Of a stretch of DNA of 64,000 nucleotides, positions 1 through 6,583 are shown one piece after another. The notes beneath the pieces were generated by a model. The model did not search any database and was not told the origin of the DNA. It worked only from the letters and a program-made list of their open reading frames with translations. How positions within the stretch are numbered: position 1 is the first letter of the stretch; each line of letters opens with the position of its first letter. Both the position numbers and the translations under genes were made by a program. The stretch is from Eubacteriales bacterium (lineage in GTDB: Bacteria; Bacillota; Clostridia; Oscillospirales; CAG-272). Location: positions 972-64,971 of the forward strand of contig JAZQDD010000020.1 of the NCBI GenBank assembly GCA_045546615.1, read 5' to 3'.

Positions 1-2
1 TA

Positions 3-323
3 GATCTGCATTCCAACGGTGAAACGGCATTGCGCTATTTCTTTGATCGTATTGACGAGGATGCTGTATATCTTTTGGATGAGCCGGAAAATAGCCTGTC
101 AATAGAGTTTCAAATTGAACTTGCGGAATATATATCCGTAACAGCCCGTGCCACAAAAAGTCAGTTCGTTATTGCTACGCATTCCCCTATTTTGTTATCT
201 ATGCAAAATGCGAAAATATATAATTTAGATGCTTATCCCGCAGATGTTTGTTCGTGGACAGAGCTTGATAACGTGCGTAAATATTTTGATTTCTTTATGG
301 AGCATAAGGATGAATTTTGCTGA
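3..323 (+). CDS. AAA/ABC-like ATPase, C-terminal fragment (gene begins upstream of the window)
   Basis: Reading frame is open to the window edge (DLHSNGETALRYF...). Has a Walker B-like YLLDEPENSLS and an H-loop-like IATHSPILL. Confidence 0.7.
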   Translation, partial: DLHSNGETALRYFFDRIDEDAVYLLDEPENSLSIEFQIELAEYISVTARATKSQFVIATHSPILLSMQNAKIYNLDAYPADVCSWTELDNVRKYFDFFMEHKDEFC

Positions 324-547
324 TTTTATTTGTTGCTTTTTTATCCTATGAACTCAAACTCATAGGTCAAAATTGCAACCTATGCCAAAAAGCCTTGTTT
401 TACAAGGCTTTTTCGGTTTTTTAGGGCAATATTTTTGACCTTTCTTTTTTTGCAACTTTTTCCGAGCCATCGGGACTTGACCCCTCGGCAATATAATCTA
501 CTGCACTAAAACAACTCGTCGTTGTTTTTTTCTCAATTAACGAGATG

Positions 548-576
548 TGGACGGTTTTTGGAAATTGTGATATAAT
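548..576 (+). promoter_or_regulatory. putative sigma-A promoter of the 630 gene
   Basis: TGGACG-N17-TATAAT with a TG extended -10 (tgtgaTATAAT), ~55 nt upstream of the ATG. Confidence 0.5.
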
Positions 577-629
577 ATAATCACAGGAATGGTACCACCT
601 AAAATTTTCAATAAGGAGTTAATTATATT

Positions 630-1718
630 ATGTCATTTGGTCAAGTAATAAAGAGGCTACGTAGAAATGCGGAGATTACACAAGAACAACTGGCTGAAAT
701 GCTCTCGATTTCTCCACAAGCTGTTAGTCGTTGGGAAACCGATACCGCAATGCCTGATATTTCTTTTCTTCGACCACTTTCCAACATTTTTGGTGTAACG
801 GCAGACGTATTGCTGGAAATTGATGTGTCGCGTGTGAATGAGTCTGTTGAAAGCTACAAACAAATGATAGCAGAATTTTATAGGGATCATAAGTATCAAG
901 AAATGCTTGACTTGGCACGGTTGGCTTGCAAAGAAATTCCTAACAATTTTGAACTCGTAGGGGAATTGGCATTTGCACTTACAAGTGGAGAAAATGTAAA
1001 AAAAGAAGAAAATATTAACGAGGCCATTTCTCTATACAAACAGATTTTAGAAAAGTCTGTTGATAATATTTTGCGTTTCAGAGCTACTTCGGCATTATGT
1101 CGTTTGTATGCTGAGAAAAAGGCTAACAAAGAACAAGCATTGTATTTTGCCAAGCAATTACCAAAAGGCTTGATACAAACATCCTCTTATCTTATGATGC
1201 GATATGATTTGATAGATGATGACGAGAAAAACGAAACGTATCGACTTTGGATTGAACAGTATTTGAGAGCAATGACGGATACGATTTATCTCTTAGCTGA
1301 TCCAAATTACAAAAATCCGGAAAACGATTTTAGTGTGGCACAAAGAATTGAACTTTTGGAAAAATCGTTATCTATTTTTGAAATTGTTTATGGAGAGAAC
1401 CTTTTATCAGTCAACCGTGAGTTTTATGAGATTAATTGTGTGATAGCCGGTTTGCAGCTTTTAGAGAAACAATATGAAGCTGCATTGGACAAATTGGAAA
1501 AGGCGGCGGAGTATGCGATTGCTTTTGATACATATAAAGATGGTGATTCTTATACTTCGCTTATGATGTACGGTATATCTGCCGATGAGCATGGCTTATG
1601 GGATGAAAAAACAACTGACGATATGTTGCATAGACTTACAAGTCAATCTAGATATGAATGCTTGAAAAATAATGTGCGATATGAGAATATTATTAAGAAA
1701 TTGAGCAAAAGATCGTAA
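630..1718 (+). CDS. XRE-family HTH regulator with long helical (TPR-like) C-terminal domain
   Basis: AAGGAG RBS. N-terminal HTH motif LAEMLSISPQAVSRWETDTAMPDISFL. The remaining ~290 aa are helical-repeat-like. Confidence 0.85.
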   Translation: MSFGQVIKRLRRNAEITQEQLAEMLSISPQAVSRWETDTAMPDISFLRPLSNIFGVTADVLLEIDVSRVNESVESYKQMIAEFYRDHKYQEMLDLARLACKEIPNNFELVGELAFALTSGENVKKEENINEAISLYKQILEKSVDNILRFRATSALCRLYAEKKANKEQALYFAKQLPKGLIQTSSYLMMRYDLIDDDEKNETYRLWIEQYLRAMTDTIYLLADPNYKNPENDFSVAQRIELLEKSLSIFEIVYGENLLSVNREFYEINCVIAGLQLLEKQYEAALDKLEKAAEYAIAFDTYKDGDSYTSLMMYGISADEHGLWDEKTTDDMLHRLTSQSRYECLKNNVRYENIIKKLSKRS

Positions 1719-1760
1719 ATAAAAGAAGTTGTATTTTCGTACTATGACCCCAAGAAAAAA

Positions 1761-1790
1761 GCAGAAGCCTCGGGCTTCTGCTTCTTTCTT
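1761..1790 (+). terminator. rho-independent terminator-like hairpin
   Basis: GCAGAAGCC-TCG-GGCTTCTGC followed by a T-rich tract. Homologous to the hairpin at 2776, with compensatory stem changes. Confidence 0.6.
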
Positions 1791-1862
1791 CCACCCCTGC
1801 CGCCCGCTCCCCCGAGCGCGCGCGTGCGGCGCGCTCGCCCCCTCCCCGTCCCCCGAGGGGGC
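1783..1862. repeat. GC-rich palindromic repeat module, copy A
   Basis: CCGCCCGCTCCCCCGAGCGCGCGCGTGCGGCGCGCTCGCCCCCTCCCCGTCCCCCGAGGG. Clearly homologous by eye to 3255-3332. Contains a GAGCGCGC...GCGCGCTC hairpin. Confidence 0.8.
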
Positions 1863-1952
1863 ACCCATCTTACACCATTGCACCCTTTTTGCCCCTTATG
1901 CCTTGAAGTTGCTGCTTCAACCGCAGGTTGAAAAATATAAACCATTGGCTTA

Positions 1953-1981
1953 TTGTATAAATGAATTACATGTGATATAAT
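1953..1981 (+). promoter_or_regulatory. putative promoter of the 2007 gene
   Basis: TTGTAT-N17-TATAAT with a TG extended -10 (tgtgaTATAAT). Confidence 0.5.
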
Positions 1982-2006
1982 TAATTCAACGAAAGGAGTT
2001 GACAAA

Positions 2007-2738
2007 ATGGAAAACGCAAATATGGTTTTAGCAGCAAATATTTTAAAGTATAGAAAGAAAAGCGGTTTAAGTCAAGATGAGCTTGCACAAAAGTTAGGTG
2101 TTACTTTCCAATCTGTTTCAAAATGGGAAAATGCAAAATCCGCACCCGATATTACGTTCTTGCCGATAATGGCTGACATTTTCGGTTGCTACATCGATGA
2201 GCTGTTTTCACGAGAGGTCAAGACCGAAATTCATTACGACCACTGTGCGGGATTCCCATGGGCGGATGATAGCGTTATTCGCGGAGTAGTTTGCGAAGGA
2301 AGAAAAATACTGCAATATGATTCTTTAGTCGATAGATTCACCTTTGAGATAATTGGAGATGCAAAGAATGTGCAGAGTGAATGCAATATTGAGGTAAATG
2401 GGAATATATCCGGCGGTTGTAAAGCGGGAATGAATATCAATGTTTCCGGCCTTGTTTCCGGAGGATGTAATTCTGGCACAGAGACCGTTATTGGCGGTTA
2501 TTTGTCGGGCGGTTGTAATAGTGGTGGAGATATCACGGTCAGAGGCTCTTTGTCAGGAGGCTGTAATACAGGCGGCACAATTACTTGCGGTGGAAATCTT
2601 TCGGGTGATATTCACTGTGGAGGAGACGTGACAGTAAAGGGAGACATTGAAGCTGTAAGAATTAAAGGAAATGTTATTTGCAATTCTCTGAAATGTGATA
2701 AAGTTGACGGCGACATTACGATAAATAGTGTTGGCTAA
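2007..2738 (+). CDS. XRE HTH domain fused to a Cys-containing beta-helix-like (bactofilin-like) repeat domain
   Basis: AAGGAG RBS. HTH motif LAQKLGVTFQSVSKWENAKSAPDITFL. C-terminal ~16-aa repeats of type LSGGCNSGGDITVRGS (x5-6). Confidence 0.85.
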   Translation: MENANMVLAANILKYRKKSGLSQDELAQKLGVTFQSVSKWENAKSAPDITFLPIMADIFGCYIDELFSREVKTEIHYDHCAGFPWADDSVIRGVVCEGRKILQYDSLVDRFTFEIIGDAKNVQSECNIEVNGNISGGCKAGMNINVSGLVSGGCNSGTETVIGGYLSGGCNSGGDITVRGSLSGGCNTGGTITCGGNLSGDIHCGGDVTVKGDIEAVRIKGNVICNSLKCDKVDGDITINSVG

Positions 2739-2775
2739 AAAAGATTCAAATTTGTTGGGGCAACCTAAGAAAAAA

Positions 2776-2802
2776 GCAGGAGCCTCGCGCTCCTGCTTTT
2801 TT
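2776..2802 (+). terminator. rho-independent terminator
   Basis: GCAGGAGC-CTCGC-GCTCCTGC followed by TTTTTT. Confidence 0.8.
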
Positions 2803-2805
2803 CAA

Positions 2806-2985
2806 CGAAATTTGCCCTTGGGGCAAGTGAAATAGCTTCGCTGTGAAATATTTGCTACGCAAATGTGAAATGTTCGCTAACGCGAACGTGCAAATTTCAT
2901 TTCACATTGCGACTATCGGGAGCAATATTTCACAATTTTCGCAAGAAAATTATTTCACATTCGGCAACGCCGAATATTTCACTAA
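2806..2985. repeat. array of GTGAAAT / ATTTCAC heptamers separated by short unrelated hairpins
   Basis: GTGAAAT at 2827, 2843 and 2865 (variant GTGCAAAT at 2888). ATTTCAC at 2899, 2927, 2952 and 2976. Every interval is itself a small palindrome. Confidence 0.85.
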
Positions 2986-3017
2986 ATATATGAGTTGCTT
3001 TTTTGTACTATGAGGCC

Positions 3018-3243
3018 AAGGGGCTGTCTCATTTAGCGCAGAACAAAAATACAAAAATAAGTAAAGAAAAAAAGACCGTTTTTTTCGTTCAAAAGGATGA
3101 AGGAAGCGGTCTTTTTAGGTAGAAATCCTCACGGATTTCGATTTTTATACGTATTTTTTAGCCGCGCTTTTGCCATCACGCGTACCCTCGTACGCCGACG
3201 ACGGCAAAATCGCGACTTCTGCATCTAACTGAGACAGCCCCTT
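3018..3243. repeat. ~226-bp structured element bounded by ~25-bp imperfect inverted repeats (MITE-like or structured RNA)
   Basis: AAGGGGCTGTCTCATTTAGCGCAGA (3018-3042) versus the reverse complement of TCTGCATCTAACTGAGACAGCCCCTT (3218-3243). Several nested internal hairpins. No ORF. Confidence 0.75.
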
Positions 3244-3254
3244 TCTTTTTCCTT

Positions 3255-3332
3255 TTCTTTACCACCCCAACCGCCCACTCCCCCGAGCGCGGCTTGCGCG
3301 GCGCGCTCACCCCTTCGCCGTCCTCCGAGGGC
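3255..3332. repeat. GC-rich palindromic repeat module, copy B
   Basis: CCGCCCACTCCCCCGAGCGCGGCTTGCGCGGCGCGCTCACCCCTTCGCCGTCCTCCGAGGG, homologous to 1783-1862. Confidence 0.8.
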
Positions 3333-3503
3333 AAGAGAAACCGTTAGTAAGCACCTTTTTTACGCCCTTTTGGGCTTGAGGGTGCGGCTTTATCACATCA
3401 TCCGAGATCAACTGCCTTGATCGAAATTTCCTCACCAAAGCAATAAAAACTATATGCAGTCAATAAATCACTTTTTGGTTGAGGCATATCATTCATAAAT
3501 TGC

Positions 3504-3532
3504 TTGATTCAAATTCTACCGTGTGCTATAAT
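3504..3532 (+). promoter_or_regulatory. promoter of the 3560 gene
   Basis: TTGATT-N17-TATAAT. It lies inside the N-terminal extension of the longest ORF, which argues for the ATG at 3560. Confidence 0.7.
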
Positions 3533-3559
3533 ATAAATAAATCAACCGAGGGGAAGAAA

Positions 3560-5092
3560 ATGAAAATTCAGATTGCGGAAAATATAAAAAAATTTCGTAT
3601 AGCAAGCGGATATACTCAAAATGAGCTTGCGATACTTTTGTCTGTCTCTCCTCAAGCGGTGAGCCGTTGGGAAAACAGTCAAGCTTTCCCCGATATTACT
3701 CTTTTACCGACGCTTGCAAAGTATCTCAACGTAACTATAGACGAGATCGTGGGGAGTGAAGGGCAACGAAGTGAATGCTTGAAAAAAGAGTTATTCGAAC
3801 GCAAGATGGCAAATATTGACGATGAATCAGAAAGGGTGAAAAATGAACTTCGTATTCTTGTGCTTTATGAAGAATTGGCACATACGGAGTTGCCTTATCT
3901 GATCAGCTATTTTCGGCATTTAATGGATATAAAAGCCTATAAACGGTTTATACTAAATGATTTAGAGAGCCGAATTGAAAACGCGCGGCAAATGATTCGG
4001 GATCGCCTGAGAATATCAAATATGCGTGACCGTGTGACTCTGCTAAGCACCGTGGCCGCCTTCGAGGACGATGAGAACCTGACACGTTGGGCAGACGAAT
4101 ATCGGCTCCCCGAATATATTAGAGCAAACTTTTGGGATGAGCTTTTGCTGACAAGATATACAAGAGAACAAAACGTCAAAAAATTGAGCGAGCAAAACCA
4201 AAAAATCCTGTACGGGCATATCAAAAACACTATTTATTATTTGACCGACAGTATTCACGGTGATATGAGAGCGCGGGGAACAGAATTTAGTGCCCCTGAA
4301 AGATATAAAACGGCGCTTGATACGCTTTCCCTTTATTCGACACAAGTGGACGATATCTTTATCTTTGTGCGAATTATCGCAGAGGTGAGATACGCCGAAG
4401 CGCTTTTGGTGAATGAGCGCATTGAAGAAAGTCTTTCATCGTTTGCGTTAGCCGCCGAGCATCTTTCGGTATTGCATCAATTACCCGACGGGGGAGTGCT
4501 TTGCGGTTCTGTTTTTGCGCTCAGTTCGGTTCGTCTTGTCGTTGACGGTATGGATAAGCTTGAAAAATGCGTGTTCAATTTGGGCGGCTATGATGAAAAT
4601 CCGCTCTTTGACAAAATTCGCACAGACAAGCGTTTTATAGAATTTATAGAGGTGTTAGAAAAATTTCTTCCGCGGCGCAGATCGGGATGTTGGGTGAATG
4701 AGAAAGGGAGAGATACCCTCGATGCTCAATGGGAAATGCTTCTAAACAGGGCAAGCAAAGAGGCAGATAAGCTTTCGGATGGCAACGTTGTGGTGATTCT
4801 TACCGCCAAGGGAGCGGTTGCTTCGATTTCGTTTCAGAATATACATTCCGCAATTGAGGCAGAAAATGCGATGAAGTTTCTTATTGAGAAAAAGAAAAGG
4901 GGAGATGACAAAATCGAGCGGCTGATATGTATGCGGCACGATGGTGGTATTGATCTGCCTTCATTTGCTTTCAGAGAGGCGCTTGTGGCTATTGACAGCA
5001 AGAATCTTTTGACGCAGATGCTTTTGAATGGATCAAGCGGGTATGTTGTCAAGACGGTAAACGTGACGATGCCTAAAGGATACAAAAGTTAA
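3560..5092 (+). CDS. XRE-family HTH regulator with large (~440 aa) uncharacterised C-terminal region
   Basis: GAGGGGAAG RBS before ATG 3560. HTH motif LAILLSVSPQAVSRWENSQAFPDITLL. The upstream TTG at 3479 is rejected (promoter inside, no RBS). Confidence 0.85.
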   Translation: MKIQIAENIKKFRIASGYTQNELAILLSVSPQAVSRWENSQAFPDITLLPTLAKYLNVTIDEIVGSEGQRSECLKKELFERKMANIDDESERVKNELRILVLYEELAHTELPYLISYFRHLMDIKAYKRFILNDLESRIENARQMIRDRLRISNMRDRVTLLSTVAAFEDDENLTRWADEYRLPEYIRANFWDELLLTRYTREQNVKKLSEQNQKILYGHIKNTIYYLTDSIHGDMRARGTEFSAPERYKTALDTLSLYSTQVDDIFIFVRIIAEVRYAEALLVNERIEESLSSFALAAEHLSVLHQLPDGGVLCGSVFALSSVRLVVDGMDKLEKCVFNLGGYDENPLFDKIRTDKRFIEFIEVLEKFLPRRRSGCWVNEKGRDTLDAQWEMLLNRASKEADKLSDGNVVVILTAKGAVASISFQNIHSAIEAENAMKFLIEKKKRGDDKIERLICMRHDGGIDLPSFAFREALVAIDSKNLLTQMLLNGSSGYVVKTVNVTMPKGYKS

Positions 5093-5136
5093 AGAACCTT
5101 TTGTAAGACTCGAATTTGTTGGGATAACTCAGAAAA

Positions 5137-5190
5137 AGGGGGTGAGTCAAATGCAAAAATGCATTTGGTACTCACCCCCTTTTTCTTTTT
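5137..5190. terminator. bidirectional terminator hairpin
   Basis: AGGGGGTGAGT...ACTCACCCCCT with an inner palindrome CAAATGCA-AAAA-TGCATTTG. A-tract upstream and T-tract downstream. Sits between convergent genes. Confidence 0.8.
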
Positions 5191-5195
5191 TGCTT

Positions 5196-5468
5196 TTACG
5201 CCGCGAGGGCTTTTTCGCGCCTTGCGTTGATAAAGTATAGCCCAAGGTCGATGCTTACGACGATCAAATTGATAAAGTAAAGCGCTGTTACGTAATTTAA
5301 TTGATGATTCACGATCTTTCCGATAATTCCCGAAATATATCCTATTATGATAGCAATGATGAAGACGACGCTTTTGCCTTTAGTTGATTTTGAGCTTATG
5401 CTTTTGTACACGGAGATGGGCCAAGACATACCAAAGCATAGGAGCATAATAATTTCGAAGATCTGCAT
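5196..5468 (-). CDS. small 3-TM membrane protein, PQ-loop/SemiSWEET-like
   Basis: AGGAGG RBS. 90 aa. Motif SWPISVYKSISSKSTKGKS resembles the PQ-loop motif. Three hydrophobic segments. Confidence 0.6.
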   Translation of the reverse strand: MQIFEIIMLLCFGMSWPISVYKSISSKSTKGKSVVFIIAIIIGYISGIIGKIVNHQLNYVTALYFINLIVVSIDLGLYFINARREKALAA

Positions 5469-5505
5469 TTTTTGTTCCTCCTGATAAGATACCTTAATTA
5501 TACTC

Positions 5506-5534
5506 TTGACAAATGCAAAAGTAAAATATATAAT
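5506..5534 (+). promoter_or_regulatory. promoter of the LysR gene
   Basis: TTGACA-N17-TATAAT. Confidence 0.65.
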
Positions 5535-5547
5535 TTTTATTAAAATG

Positions 5548-5562
5548 ATAGGTTATTCCTAT
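5548..5562. promoter_or_regulatory. LysR-type T-N11-A box
   Basis: ATAGG-TTATT-CCTAT perfect dyad in the divergent intergenic region, 15 nt upstream of the LysR start. Confidence 0.55.
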
Positions 5563-5576
5563 ATAATGGAGGAGTT

Positions 5577-6434
5577 ATGGACATACAAAAGCTGAAATAT
5601 TTCCAAACAACAGCCCGACTTGAGCATATCACACGGGCTTCGGAGGTGTTACATATATCCCAACCGTCTCTTACCCAAGCGATACATTTACTTGAAAGTG
5701 AGCTTGGCGTTCCGCTGTTCAGGCGTGAGGGGAGAAAAGTAGCATTAACCGAGTTTGGCGTTTATTTGAAGCAGAGGTTAGATGTGTTAATACCCGAATT
5801 TGACCATCTTGCGGTTGAAATCGAGGAATTAAAGCAATCGCTTACCAAAAAGATAAGACTTAATATACTGGCAGCTTCATCCTTTGTCATAAATGCGATC
5901 ATGGAATACAAAAAGGAGAACAGCGAGGCTATCTTTGATTTCGAGCAAAACGAAACAAAAAGCAACTGCGACATACTGATCACAACGAACGGCTTGAATA
6001 GCGATTCTGAAAACAAATATTCTCGCCGTTTTGTGAAAAAAGAAAATATTTACCTTGCAGTGCCGAAAGATTCAAAGTATGCCGAGGTTTCATCTATTGA
6101 TTTGAGCGCAGTAAAGGACGAAAGCTTTATTATGCTATCCAACACCCGTTTGTTCGGTGCTATATGCAGCAGGTATTGTTCTATAGCAGGATTTTATCCC
6201 AAGGTCATATTTGAATCCGATTCGCCGACCGCGGTGCAGAATATCATCAGCATGGGCGCGGGAATAGCGTTTTGGCCCGAGCATTCGTGGGGAAAGCTAC
6301 ACAATGAAAATTTGAAGCTCGTTACCATTGCCGAGCCTGTTTGCGAGCGAGATCTGATCGTGGAATTACACGAGAGGATGCCTAAATCCATTTATGCAGA
6401 AGATTTTTACAACTTTCTGATAAATAAACTATAA
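5577..6434 (+). CDS. LysR-family transcriptional regulator
   Basis: GGAGG RBS. N-terminal LKYFQTTARLEHITRASEVLHISQPSLTQAIHLLESELGVPLF. 285 aa, typical LysR-type regulator length. Confidence 0.92.
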   Translation: MDIQKLKYFQTTARLEHITRASEVLHISQPSLTQAIHLLESELGVPLFRREGRKVALTEFGVYLKQRLDVLIPEFDHLAVEIEELKQSLTKKIRLNILAASSFVINAIMEYKKENSEAIFDFEQNETKSNCDILITTNGLNSDSENKYSRRFVKKENIYLAVPKDSKYAEVSSIDLSAVKDESFIMLSNTRLFGAICSRYCSIAGFYPKVIFESDSPTAVQNIISMGAGIAFWPEHSWGKLHNENLKLVTIAEPVCERDLIVELHERMPKSIYAEDFYNFLINKL

Positions 6435-6525
6435 GCGCATAATGGAGCAGAAGAATAGCTTTCCAACGCAAAAGCCCTTGATTTAAGGCTTTTTGGGGGA
6501 AAAAGCGAAAGCAACATAATGTTGC

Positions 6526-6554
6526 TTGACTTTTATGCCGATTATTCTTATAAT
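6526..6554 (+). promoter_or_regulatory. promoter of the 6584 gene
   Basis: TTGACT-N17-TATAAT. Confidence 0.7.
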
Positions 6555-6583
6555 GTTGATAAAGACATAAGGGGGATTTCTCG

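Noticed and set aside
430-530. Possible tiny transcript (TTGACC...TATAAT-like, then the AACAAC-TCGTC-GTTGTT hairpin plus T-run)
   Set aside because: The promoter spacing is too short (~11 nt) and the predicted RNA would be about 30 nt. It is more likely a fortuitous match next to the terminator region of the ATPase gene.
545-580. 11-codon ORF (MWTVFGNCDII) upstream of the HTH/TPR-like regulator as a possible signalling-peptide gene
   Set aside because: It has no credible RBS and overlaps the predicted -35/-10 of the regulator promoter. It is too short and there is no conservation evidence, so I cannot support it from sequence alone.
1596-2005. Three overlapping ORFs (95, 83 and 87 aa) across the GC-rich repeat
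   Set aside because: All three are driven by the stop-poor GC-rich repeat module. They have Arg/Gly/Pro-rich products, no RBS and mutual overlap, so I treat them as non-coding repeat.
2806-2985. Possible CRISPR array
   Set aside because: The repeat unit is only 7 nt and the spacers are 9-21 nt and individually palindromic. Repeat orientation flips midway and there are no cas genes. It is kept as an unexplained repeat instead.
3096-3109. GAAGGAAGC resembling the conserved SRP (4.5S) RNA domain IV motif
   Set aside because: The partner strand motifs (the AGGUCAGG-type asymmetric loop and the GGAA tetraloop context) are absent. The surrounding helix does not match an SRP RNA, so this is probably coincidence.
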